Origin: Squalus acanthias
Taxonomy: Eukaryota
Assembly: GCA_030390025.1 (NCBI GenBank)
Contig: CM059448.1
Location: 17,050,001 to 17,114,000, forward strand
Direction: 5' to 3'
DNA length: 64,000 bases
Part shown: positions 1 through 11,799 of the stretch, one piece after another
How the letters are laid out: each line of letters starts with the position of its first letter
Numbering within the stretch: position 1 is the first letter of the stretch
Position numbers and translations under genes: made by a program
The notes under the pieces: generated by a model
The model's database searches: none
What the model was told of the DNA's origin: nothing
The model's input: only the letters and a program-made list of their open reading frames with translations

Positions 1-514
1 ATGAAAAGGGAGGGTAGATTGAAGGGGAAGTTGTTACTAGAGCCTCATTCCACACCTCTTGGTGGCGAGCTGAAGAGCAGTACCAAGGAGTGGATAAATC
101 CATGCACTACTGCTAGCCAAAAAGACAGCTTGGAGACCTGCTCTCAGCCCTCTATCAAACACCATCGAATTCTTCTCTTCCACTGGGGACGTGCCTAACT
201 TCTGCTCAGTGCCTCCCTGACTCTCCGTAACAACAGGTCTAGGGTAAGGAATTCAAAGAGTGAAAAATCACAGGGACAGTCCTAGCACTCCACAATACAG
301 GGCAGCTTCAACACAACGTACCATCCTGTCCACTTTACCAGATGCTTTTATTAATGTCAGATATTAACTTTATTTTTTTAAAGATTTTGTTATCTATATC
401 AGGTCTCTTATCTGAAGTTATTGTACAGATATATTAAAATCATGTAAACAGAGAGTTGCATTCCCATATCACTAAGATGTATTGAAACCTTTTTGTGTAC
501 TTTCCCGTTCACAG

Positions 515-604
515 AAGCTCATCCTATCGGAGACCTCCATCTTTGATGTTCTTCCCAATTTCTTCTATCATAGTAACCAGGTGGTGAGAATGGCGGCATT
601 AGAG
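515..604 (+). CDS. ACACA: ACACA coding exon (central domain), [30 protein letters not shown]
   Basis: ttcacag acceptor, GAG|gttagt donor, 90 nt, phase 0-0; peptide matches vertebrate ACC1 as recalled. Confidence 0.96.
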
Positions 605-1129
605 GTTAGTCTTGCACAGTTCGTCAGCAGATGGTGCGCCTCTGTTTCAGTCTAGTGTCTGATGCTTATATAGCTGGATATCTGAGAATTTTGTTAAAGA
701 AGGTCAGTTTGTGTTTATAGGGTCACCTTTGCACTACCGGCTGCACCAATAGAAAAGTATCCAAAGCTACGTGTAACATTTCCCTTCCAATTTTCTCCCC
801 TACTTCCTGAAGGCCTTGTCCCATGCTGGGGTACTGTGTCCAGGGTGTTAGCAGCCCTCTGAATGGCCATTGTTCTTGTGTGAGGTTACATGATGAGTGT
901 GGATGGCCAATTTGACCTTGGGGAGTGCCCCCGATTCTGTTTATAGCTGACCGCCACATATGCATATTTTGCAGAATCAAGCAGGACTGAGAACCCTGGC
1001 TGATTATCTCCTCCCCAGCCCAGAAGCACTGAGGGCAGCTGTAGTGCCTCAAATGCCCCTAAAGCCGGCTGGAGTGATGCGCCTTCTGATTTTTTTTCTC
1101 TTTTGACCTCTGCTTGGTTCCCTTCCCTC

Positions 1130-1432
1130 CTCAGAAATAGACAGTTTCCTAGAAGTAAAGGGAATTAAGGGTTACGGGGAGCGGGTAGGAATTTGGACAT
1201 GAGTCTGGGTTCGGATCGGTCATGGCCCTGTGGGTAGCGTAGCGGGCCCAGGGGCCGTGTAGCCTGATCCTGCTCCTATTTCATGTGCCCAGTTCTGTTA
1301 GGTTCAGGAGATGGTTCTGTGATAGTAGATTGGCGGTTAGGATCAGATCAGCCATGATCTTATTGAATGGCGGAGCAGGCTCGAGGGGCCAATTGGCCTA
1401 CTCCTGCTCCTATTTCTTATGTTCTTATGTTC
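1130..1432 (+). mobile_element. Two adjacent CR1-type LINE 3' ends
   Basis: gatcagccatgatcttattgaatggcggagcaggctcgagggg...ctcctatttcttatgttcttatgttct tail; a more diverged similar 3' end at about 1130-1290. Confidence 0.75.
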
Positions 1433-1949
1433 TCTCCCTCCACTCTCCTCTTTCCCAAGTGACATAGTAAAGACTGTGACTCTCTGCCACATATCGGTGT
1501 GCTGCACGCCATGTCCCACCATGTTGGTACTCCAGTCATGAGTATCATTAAGTTTAAAGTAGAAGACGCTCCAAGAAACACCAAGTGGATGTTGCACAAA
1601 TGGTGATATTTGTTTTCTCTGGTATCTAAGGACTCTTCACAAAAATTGGTCAGCGGGTAATTGGTGATTTCTAACCTGTCACATGTGTGCCAGAGGTGTC
1701 TGGATAGAGACACGTTCCCCTGGAGAGAGGAAGAGAACTGCAGAAAATTTGTTGTCATAATACCATGTCAAGTGCAGCATCTTGAATGTAGGCCATTATT
1801 TCATGATTTCAGTGCACATCCAGTCATGCAAACTCTTTTTAGGGAAAAAGGTGAGGCAGTGATTAGGATGTGTTTAGATTACCCAATGTTTGTAAGCAAA
1901 TGAACAGAACTAGATAATGGGAAAGGCAGCATCTGTGAGAGAGAAATAG

Positions 1950-1986
1950 AGTTAACGTTTCAGGTCGATGACCCTTCGTCAGAACT
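1950..1986 (-). ncRNA. Minimal type I hammerhead ribozyme-like motif in Penelope terminal repeat
   Basis: Reverse complement reads AGUU-CUGACGA-A-GGGUC-AUC-GACCU-GAAACGUU-AACU. Confidence 0.7.
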
Positions 1987-2792
1987 GGAAAAAGCTGGAG
2001 ATGGAACAGGTTTTTAAGTAAGTGTAGGGGCAGGGAGAAGGGGGGAGTGGAGGAAAGAACAAAAGGGAAGGTCTGTGATGGGATGGAAGGCAGGAGAGAT
2101 TAAGAGAGAAAAGGGATGATGGTGCAAGGCAAAAGGAGATGGTAATGGGACAAGTTAAGAAACAAAAGATGGCTCTCGATGAAGTGTAAATGGCGTTGGC
2201 AGAATGAAAGACAGCTGCCATGTGAGAAAAAAAATGGGAAAAAAAGATTGGGGTAGGGGTTATGGTCTGAAATTGTTGAACTCGATGTTGAGTCTAGAAG
2301 GCTGTAAAGTGCCTAATCGAAAGATGAGGTGCTGTTCCTCGAGCTTACGTTGAGCTTCATTGGAACAGTGTAAGAGACCAAGGACAGAGAGGTCAGAGGA
2401 AGTGGAGCGGAGAATTAAAGTGACAGGCGACCGGAAGCTCGGTCACCCTTACGGACTGAGCGGAGGTGTTCCACAAAGCGGTCACCCAATCTGCATTTGG
2501 TCTCCCAATGTAGAGGAGACCGCATCGTGAGCAGTGAATAAAGTATACTAAATTTCAAGAAGTACAAGTAAATCGCTGTTTCACCTGGAAGGAGTGTTTG
2601 GGGCCCTGGACAGTGGGAAGTGACGATGCCACCTTCCATACTAGTGCCTCCGACAGATCTTTCTTTTTCCTCAACCGAGGATTGCCCTCTACTGTGGTTG
2701 ACATGGCCCTTGACCGTGTCCGTTCTATTTCCCTCCCCCCTTTCCCGGCCCCTACACCTGCTTAAAAACCTGTTCCATCTCCAGCTTTTTCC

Positions 2793-2829
2793 AGTTCTGA
2801 CGAAGGGTCATCGACCTGAAATGTTAACT
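2793..2829 (+). ncRNA. Minimal hammerhead ribozyme-like motif, helix III CpG-decayed (GAAAUGUU)
   Basis: agtt-CTGACGA-a-gggtc-atc-gacct-GAAAtgtt-aact. Confidence 0.6.
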
Positions 2830-3068
2830 CTGTTTCTCTCTCCACAGATGCTGCCTGACCTGCTGAGTATTTCCAGCATTTTCTGTTTTTATTTCAGATT
2901 TCCAGCATTCGCAGTATTTTGCTTTTGTATTCGATAATAGGGAAAGTTGGTTTTAAAAAAACAAAACCAAAAATACATTTATTTGTTATAAAGTGACCAT
3001 ATTGCCTCTTCTGCACAATGACTAACAGATTGGCAGTTTGATGACATGATTTCACTGTTTTTGTGCAG

Positions 3069-3187
3069 GTCTATGTTAGAAGAGCCTACATTGCATATGA
3101 GTTGAACAGTGTTCAACACCGCCAGCTCCAGGATGGAACCTGCATTGTAGAGTTTCAGTTCATGTTGCCAACATCCCATCCCAACAG
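3069..3187 (+). CDS. ACACA: ACACA coding exon, [39 protein letters not shown](R)
   Basis: ttgtgcag acceptor, AG|gtaact donor, 119 nt, phase 0-2. Confidence 0.97.
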
Positions 3188-4554
3188 GTAACTAACTCCC
3201 TCGGTATTTGTGTGCTAGGAGGGAAGGTCTGGATAAGACTAGATGCAGGGGTCAATATATGGAGTTTTGAGCATATCGGAGAATCATGGATATGTCTTTG
3301 AATGGAATATTGCAATGCATTTCCCAATATGCATAGCCAATGGGCAAAGCCAAAATCAGTATATATCTCTTCCGTGACAGAGAAATATATGTCTGCACAG
3401 TATCTAGTTTGGTGGATGGTAAGGAGGCAACCTAATTGGGTGAGATATTTATGCAATTCAAATATTGTTAAACTTCTGAGTAAACCGCCTAATTTATTGA
3501 CTTGGTTCCATCCAATTCACTTTTCGGACCTTGACAGTAAAACGGGGCAAATGGAAAAGTTGTCACCAGCCAACAATTCGCCAAACATAGTCCCTTTGTA
3601 TGTGCATCCTTGGAAATGGGTGGAAAACAGGCAGAAGAAAGTGGAGTAACTCGCATTGTCACAAAGTACTCGTTTCTGCTTGGCCACCCATGATTTTCAT
3701 GGTGACCGATCTCAGCAGGGCTGGAGGATTTGTCAGTCAAATAATTGCAGGTATTGACCAGCCAGCATTCGGTACCCTTCCTCCGTGGATTGTCTAGATG
3801 CACCTTTTTGAAGCTGTTTTCTTTTTTTTTTAAATAAACATGCTACTGATGAATGCGCTGATTACTGTGTTTAATGGGATCTAAAATCCTGTCTTTAGTT
3901 CAACGCCAACATGGTTTTACTCTGTCAGAATGAACTTGTCATATTTGCAACGACCATGCCTGAATTTAAATGTGCTTGTTTCGATAGAAAATGTTGGGTT
4001 TCTGAGGGTGATTAAATTTACTTTCATTTTTCTTGTAATGAAACACTGTTCAACAATCATAACTGTACAGTACAAAATCTATGTGTTGGCATAATGACAG
4101 CAATCTAGTTGATGATGGGAAGGAGAAAGTATCCCGTACCTTGCACAATTCAATTCTGGTGCAACTTTGAAATTATCAGCATTTCAGTTTTCTATCCTTG
4201 CCTTCAGCCTTTTTCACTTTTCCCATCTCTCTAAATGATAATGGAAATTGCAGCCGTGTGGCACCCACACGAGGGTGATGCAGAGAAACTGCGGCTCGGC
4301 CTGGAATTGGGAAAGTGCCTGTATCTCTGGTATATAGCAGCAGAATCGAGTCCATCATTACTTTCCTTCACTTAATATGATTTTGTCACTGGAATGCCTT
4401 TAATATGTTACATAAATGCAGTCAGTCTGTGTGTCTCTCTCGCTCCTTTTTTTTCCTCTCATTTCCTCTCTCTTGCCTCTCTTTCTCACTGGGATTTTTT
4501 TGCCAGTTTAAATTTTTTTTTAATGTATCATTCTTTTTATGCTCCTTGCCTCAA

Positions 4555-5110
4555 TTTGCTCCCATTCTCTCCTGAAAACACTGACTCAAGGTAGAATATG
4601 CTTCCACATTATCTCACTCAAATGGTCATTCCTGTGTGAACCTGTACTGTGAGCGTGTCGGCAGTGTTCCCGCTAAGCCGCGTGGCCGCGCAGTTGTCTG
4701 CCGGTCCTGCACAGCCCGGGACCGGCTTTTCCAATATGAAATTCTGCGCATGCGCGAAACGTTGGGCCGCGCGGCCTGCTAAAGGGACCGCGTACCCAAA
4801 TTTAAAATTAGGGGGAACATTGCGTGTCGGCAGGTTATTTGACTGGGTGGGTGTGAAGGGCATCATAGCCATAGCCCAAATCCTCTGTCATCCAATCCGG
4901 TCTTCGCCCAATGTCCACAGATGTGCACTTTGCAACGTGGTCACAGGATAACAACCAGGGCTTAGGCACCTTGGTTGCTTTTCTCTCCTCTCTCTAGCCA
5001 TGGGCGCTGACGCTAATTGGAGCTCCCATAATTCCACCCCTGGTTGACATCCGCACCTTCCTGGTCTGTGTGCATCAGTTCTACAATGGACAGTGTATTT
5101 GCCACCTCAG
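4555..5110 (-). mobile_element. Old unnamed SINE-like repeat (family X), interrupted by the hAT MITE
   Basis: Reverse-complement similarity to plus-strand copies at 17915 and 43410; sequence resumes after the MITE. Confidence 0.6.
4662..4822 (+). mobile_element. hAT-type MITE with perfect 8-bp TSD
   Basis: TIRs cagtgttcccgctaa / ttagggggaacattg; TSD cgtgtcgg at 4654-4661 and 4823-4830; CpG-rich. Confidence 0.85.
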
Positions 5111-7171
5111 TTTATTACCGTCCTTTATCGTTCATGTAACTTGGAGTAACTGCTGAGAGTGGTTCAGCAGTGGCATCCTTCACCAGTGAGAAATGGTCAC
5201 TTAAGTCTCGCAGGCCCGATTTAAAAGACCGATGGAACTTAAATATGAATTTTACAGAGCTTAGCCTTTTAATAAAGGAGATAGCATGCCGCTTAGAATC
5301 AGATATAACTTGAGGCCCATCAGATTCAGTGATCTTCATGGTATTTCACTAGCATGGGGTGTATTAATATGATTGTATAATTGTGGTAAAACAATCTTCA
5401 AACTGTTCTGCAGAAAAAAAAATAGCAGAATACATATCTTTAACAATAAGTACTAACTGTGTAAATCTATTATATGCTGAAACCTAGAGAAAGCTATGTG
5501 GTGTAATTTGTTTTGCCAGAGCATGCCCAATGCAACAATATCACTTTAAATGTTAATGGCAATAAGGTTTACATAAGCGAAATGCATCAATTCTCACCTT
5601 ATTATGCTTCGTCTCCTGATTTATAAAACTGTGGCCTGCACTGGCACCAAATCATGACTTGATTTAAACGCCACTATTAGCATGCGTCTTGCTTGTGTTT
5701 TTTTTTCCCCACATGGAAATCTTGAAGGAGTGAGAGCCACTTCTGTCAGATGAAATGTTTCAGATGCAAAGGCTTGAATGCTGTGAAAATAAAAATGAAA
5801 TGAAATTCTCTGAGCTGATGGTAAGGGCTAAGAGAAATTGTGATTGCATGCGTATGAGGATCAATCATAACTGGAGGGAGTGTGCGGGCTGCCGTTGTGC
5901 GTTTGCATTCACTGGAGCAGACTGAGATGCGCTGGTTACAGGCGCCTTTTATACTGGATCATAGTAACCATATAGAATCCAAGACAATTCGATTTTGAAT
6001 GATTACAGATTATGTCCTTGTTGTGTAGGTAATTGGCTGCATTTAATTCTGTATTAATTAAAAGAACCAAAAATATCAAAAATAGATTTGGTTTAAAAAA
6101 AAAATGAGATTCAATCTAAAATGCTGCGATAATATATGTTCAAATGTTGTGACGCTTAATCTCGCAAAGAAACTTATTTAACCAAACTGTGTGTGTGTGT
6201 ATGTGTCTGTTTTCTCCTGCTATCTTGTGTGCCTGAAAGTATTTAGGATTTACTTACACGCTCTCATTAATTTATCTTCTATACCTCTGAGGTCCCACCT
6301 AAAAAGCCTCTTTTTTCAGATTAAAGGGTTCTAGCTTATTTTGTTTCTTGAGAGTTCATACCTCCAGCTGTGGGAGTCAGCCTGTTGCCTGTAGTGGCTA
6401 CACCCTTATCCCAGCCATGGTAGGTGGATTTGAATGGTAGGAAGGAAGCCCTGGGACTTGAAGCTTTGGCCACCTGCTTACAAGGCAACTACTAAAACGG
6501 CTGCACTAAAGGCCATTGTAAAAAGGTCAGCTTCTTAATTTTGAAAGCTATTGTGCCATATAGACTGATTGTCACTGTGCTACTCAAAATAAGGCCCCAG
6601 GCAATTCACTGCCCCTTCACCTGGGCCCTTCAGGAGCACCATGTGTCTCTAGGTCTGCATTCTTAACTCACTAGTACAAACAGAGAGTTAGTGTATCTTT
6701 GGGGGAGGGGGGGTGGAAAGTCAGGTGAGGAAGGCTGTGTAGTAGATTTTTGTTCTTACATTTTTTGCATACCCAGTGTGACGTGACTCAGCCCACTCTA
6801 ATAATTAAACAAAATTAAAATAAAATACTTTTTGGTAGAATTTTTCTTGTGAATAATGGCTTATGCCATCAGCCTGAACAATATAAAGCTCCATTGCTTT
6901 TGCACTGGGGAAGCTGAATGTGTACCTTTTTAAAGCAGGTCTGTACCTGTTGCAGCAGCTACAAGTCCAAGATATTCAGAGATACAGTATTTGTGTGTGC
7001 GCATGTGCATAAAATTGCTTGCTCTCTAATTGATGTATAACATTTAGAATAATGAATTTTCAATTCCACCCCCCAGTTTGCTGATATCAATGTGAACTGT
7101 AATTGCAATCAGTAATTACAATCCTCTGTTTATCCTTCTTCACTAACCTGTCAGTAATTATTTGATTTCAG

Positions 7172-7195
7172 AGGGAACATCCCTACACTTAACAG
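7172..7195 (+). CDS. ACACA: ACACA 24-nt microexon, (R)GNIPTLN(R)
   Basis: CACTAAC branch point 7141-7147, tttcag acceptor, AG|gtactg donor, phase 2-2; matches the 8-residue alternatively spliced segment before Ser1200/1201 of mammalian ACC1. Confidence 0.95.
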
Positions 7196-9974
7196 GTACT
7201 GTACAATCATTTATGTTTTAATTTTACATAATTCAATTGTATGTTTTTATAAATTAATTTAATTTGGAATTGAATTACTAACCTGAAGAAGGGAAGGAGA
7301 TTTCAGCTGTGCAGAATGGGATTAAGATTTTGTTATACCCATATATAACACACAAGGGAAATCTTCCCTTATAGTTGCTCTACCATTTGCCTTCCCTAAG
7401 GTTTTGGCCTTCATTGCTGCACGTTGGTTTCTGCACTGACTCCCATCAGCCTCTTGCCAGGTGCTTTGTGATTTCTGGGATTTATCAGTGGATCTTTATT
7501 AAATAATGTGCTTCATCATGTCTTTCAGACTTAATCAGCCTCCACTTTCCTCTGTCACATGGGCACTGAGTGTAAACCTGGAAGGAGTTTGCACCAGCTT
7601 GTGTCCAAGGGGTGGTCACGTTCCTCAAGAGAGTCCCAGTGTACTGATTGCGCACCTTATCTTCTGCATGGGCCACACTCTCAGTTATGAGCATGATGTG
7701 TAGAACATGCTATTTCTTGGAAGCTCTGCATCCCTCCCTCTGCTCCCAGTCTCTCTCAAAACAGACTTTTAATTCACCAGTTTTAAAATAAGATGATTGC
7801 TGGGCAAATCCACACAAAACTAGACTGTTCAGCTGAAAATTGTGCGAGTGATTACTCTAGTTATAGTAGAAGTCCATTTAGAATTGGGCATCTAATAATG
7901 AGTAAGCAGTTCTGGGTCACAGACCTGGGTAGGGGGAGAAGGTAGTGACAAAACCAGCCTCCTTCAGTTAATGATCTGGCTCCTGTATCTTTTACTGACT
8001 AAACTCGCTGTTTAATATACCTAGTTGGTCTCTAATTAGTGACTGGATTTGTGCTGTTAAATGTGAAGATACACGTGAGGGGGATTTTAATTCCTGTCAC
8101 TCTGCAGGAGGCAGTTAAAATGGAGCGGGGAATTTACCCGCTGGCCTTCCACCCAGATCCCGCCGACTGATTTTAAATTGCAGGTGCCGAGGACATGCGC
8201 CTGCAGCCAGTGGGGTCCTTTAAATATGCAGATCGGGTCCTGATGATGTCACCGGGACCTGACTGCCATTTTAACGTTGGCCTGAGCGGGGAGGCGACTG
8301 CAGCCTTCTCGACAGGCTGAAGCTAGGAGGAGGAGGAGGATCAGTAGGGGAAGAGGCCCCACCAGCTAAGTTTATTTCTTTCCTTTGTGGGGCCCAGAAG
8401 AGCAGGACCTTGTATACAAGGATATGAGATTTTTTAACCTCCAACTAGTTTCTGAACACTGTCTGAGGTCTCATCCTTTTTACTGAGACGTTAAACAGAG
8501 GGCCCATCTGCCACTTTTGGTGGTTCAGATGGACATTAGAGATCTCATGGCTTCATTTGGTCGTCATCGTTTTGTCCATCAGGTATATATGATGATGTCT
8601 GCAAGATTGGTATCTGCCCTCTAGTTCCAAGATGCATGTTTGGAATGGGGGCGGTTGTGTAAACTTCAACTTGCTACCTGCACCTGTAGGGGACTTTCCA
8701 GTATTGGACCCACCTCTCCTCTAGGGTTGGGTGTATTGACTGAGCTAACAAGCCTAAAATATATCCATGTACACATTTACCATGAAAATTTGGTCAGTGA
8801 CCAAGGAATAGGTCAGAAAAATGCAGGCAATTCTCGCAAGTATCATTACATTTCCTGAACAGTGCGACTGTGCTTAAGGATAAGGAATGCATCTTTTTTT
8901 TTAGTTTAAAAACAATATACTTTTGTTTTCTTGCAAAAAAGATTTTCCCCTCCTAGTTTACTGTTTACAGTCAAAGATTCTGCTGTGAACAATGTGATTT
9001 TTGTCAGGACACCCCTTTTAAAGGTAGTCAATCTAACACAGTCTGTTCTGCTATCTACAGCGAGGTGGGTCTCACTCACCTGACCAGGGTGTGAAATGAC
9101 ATATTACTGGCAGTCAGGAGGAGTAGTTGGGGCAGTGGGTGTGTTACCCACAGAAAGCCCAGTATTCGGTAAATCCATTTACATCTGTAGCAAAAACCAG
9201 CAGTAAAATGGCATTGATGATAAATATTTGAACAAGGGTGTATACAGCTTGGCCTGGATCAGAAAATAGGCTCAATAACTTATGTCACGGATCCATTCCC
9301 ATTTACCATTTGAAGTGGGCCTGGGACATTAATTTGAAATGAACGATTTATTGCATAAATGCACACTGAGTTATTGTTAATGTCCGGGATCGCAGGGTTA
9401 TTTGTAATAGGCTGTCTGTTCCTGAGTGTCTTAAGAGAAAATATTTTTGTTTCTTATTCCAAATCAGTAGTTTTGAGCCAGGGTTACTATTACTGGAAGT
9501 TGAAGATCCAGGAATCCAGCTTTCCCTATGAGCCATATTTCAGCATCCTCTACACTATGTTGAAGAATATGATCACTTTCAAATTTCTAATTAAAAATAG
9601 ATATTAACCTGATTAGCCATGAATAAAACTGAAATACTGGTGTGTCCCTACTAGATTGCCTGATCCTTTATTTGAAAACCCACTAGATTCCCTGATTCTT
9701 TAACAGATAATCATCTGGTTCACCCGAGAGTCTAAAGCAAATTTATTTCTGTTCCTCAGTATTTCCAGTGTAAGTACGATCTGCTGAACTGGATATGATT
9801 ACCTGCATAAACCACTTCATAATTTGGGTTTCGGATTGTATTTTATTTACCTGTTATCCTGGTTGACCTGACCGATGGGCCAGCCGAGCAGGCCTTTGTG
9901 AAATTTAACCTTTTAAAAAGAAATAAAGTACTCCAAATTTTTAACTTCCTGACATCCCTCAGAAATAGCAACTT

Positions 9975-10340
9975 GAGTGCCTCCAATGGTCCAGTTCACA
10001 AGGCCATTGTATACTGCGTGACCTGAGCTGAAAGACCCCAGTTTGAATTGCTGAAATCTCAACTGGGGAGGGAGCAGGGATGCTACAGCTGACTAGGGAG
10101 GGGAAAATGAGCCAGATTTTTCCTGCCCTGTTCACAATCTAGTGACCCTGGAAAGAGCACTGTGGGAACATTTGATATGGTTTGGAAGTGAGGCCTTCCA
10201 GTGTCAAATAGCCTGATACTCCCTATCTAGGCTTGCATGTGAAGAATGGCACCAGGACAAATAGTGGGGCAGTACATGTGGAACTGTACCTCACTTGTGA
10301 GTTAGTGCCTTGGGGATGGCGATTGGGGGGGGGGGAAAGA
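9975..10340 (+). mobile_element. Family X SINE-like repeat
   Basis: Shared blocks gactagggaggggaaaatgagccag, aatagcctg, tgtgaagaatggc, gtggaactgtacc. Confidence 0.6.
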
Positions 10341-11479
10341 AATAACTGAACTGCAGAAATTTGAATGTTTGCACTATGGGACTGTGATGTGAAACTGATC
10401 TACTTAATTATATGCAGTTCCAATTTAACGAGTGAAGGAGTCACACACTACATGATCAGGTAGAGTGGGACCTGGGACCTTCCTGCTCTTTATGGCTCAG
10501 TGTAGAGCTGAGGTGCCCATTAAAATTGAATCAATTTTACCTGCACAAGTGATTTCATTTATTGTGCTGGGAAACACCTTGTCCCTGGTTACATTAAACA
10601 TTCCAGAAAAATGACTCAAGACGTGCTCCAAATACAGAGCATCTGTATGGAATGAAACCTAACTGTGGAATGAAACCTAACTGGACAAGTAATTCATGTG
10701 GCATTTTACCAGCTAGCTGCAGTAATATGGAACTTTTCAACTCTTCTGGGAAAAACTTTATTCTGTCTTGTTGAATTTAGGATATTCAAAATTTTAATAT
10801 TGAAGGAGGAATAGTCTTCATTTTGATCTGGGTGGTAAGGCCTGGATTCACAGATTGAAATTTGCTTTTGGTTGTATATTAATGTCTGAAGATCTATATT
10901 TACATACCCGGCCCCGAGGGCCCAGCGAGGTCCCGGCTTCGCAGGTCAGTACGGTTCCAGCACCAAAGTTTCGTAAAGACATCCTACCCAGCAAATAAAA
11001 ATACAAATAAATGAAAAGAAGGGCAAAAAGAGACCTTTGGAGTTGTCGGGCCCAATCCATTGAGTCAACGGTGCAACCTTGCACACTGTTCACCCACCCG
11101 CTAGCAATACTATACTCCTGGGAGAAGTTAAAACCTGTGGCCAACTCGGGGAAAATTGGGAAATTTACAACTTTTTTTTTTAGGGCAGTCAACCAAGCTC
11201 CAGCGGACTGCAGTGTTCATAACTCATTATAATCACGACTAGCTATTAACTTATCCCCATGAAATGGAAATGCTCTCCTCTCCGCAACTTGTCAAGCTCC
11301 CTACATGAGGGTGATGGGGGATGTGAGTCTTAGTACAGGTAAGGGCACGAGACCTGTAGGTCATGAGTGGTAGAAATATGGAGGTCAGCAAGGGAGATAA
11401 CCAGCCACAAGGTGCTAAAAGTGTGGATTAGGATTTTGGAAGTGGAGCAGGAAAGGTAAGGCGGAGGGGGTTATGTTGT

Positions 11480-11795
11480 GGAGGTAAAGGAAAATTGTCT
11501 TGGGGATGAATTGGATGTGGGGTAAAGAGCGGAGCTTTAATGGAGCAACATGCCAAGGTTTGACATCTCTGGGCTAAGCCTAAAATGGCAGCTGGGGAGA
11601 GATGAAATGGATGTTGGAGGTGCTTGGTTACTGTGGGAGTGAAAGTGGATGATTTTGGTTTTGTCGATATTAAGCTGGATGACATTTTGGTTCCATGCAA
11701 TCTTAATGTTGGGTATGCAGTTGGAAATGGTGGCAGCAGCCATGGAGGAAGATGGTGAGGTAGAGCTGGATTTCATCAGTAAATGTGCACCCCTC
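11480..11795 (-). mobile_element. Degenerate L2 LINE RT fragment
   Basis: ORF 11537..11827(-) contains SNCIPNIKIAWNQNVIQLNIDKTK, an L2 RT QLNxxKT motif. Confidence 0.65.
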
Positions 11796-11799
11796 TTCA

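Larger units (their letters stand above)
1926..2932. mobile_element. Penelope-like retroelement insertion with internal inversion and two terminal repeats
   Basis: Minus strand encodes GIY-YIG C-terminus (ETKCRLGDRFVEHLRSV...HCSNEAQRKLEEQHLIFRLGTLQPSRLNIEFNNF); plus strand 2621-2730 gives frameshifted DDATFHTSASD..FFLNRGLPSTVVD.ALDRVRSIS; flanked by gataat(a)gggaaag repeat. Confidence 0.85.

Noticed and set aside
3840-3965. Possible C/D box snoRNA (tgatga...ctga)
   Set aside because: Imperfect C box and no convincing terminal stem; cannot be supported without a covariance search
10648-10685. Short tandem duplications (18 bp here, 26 bp near 12067, 14 bp near 51551)
   Set aside because: Two-copy slippage duplications without unique spacers; not CRISPR-like
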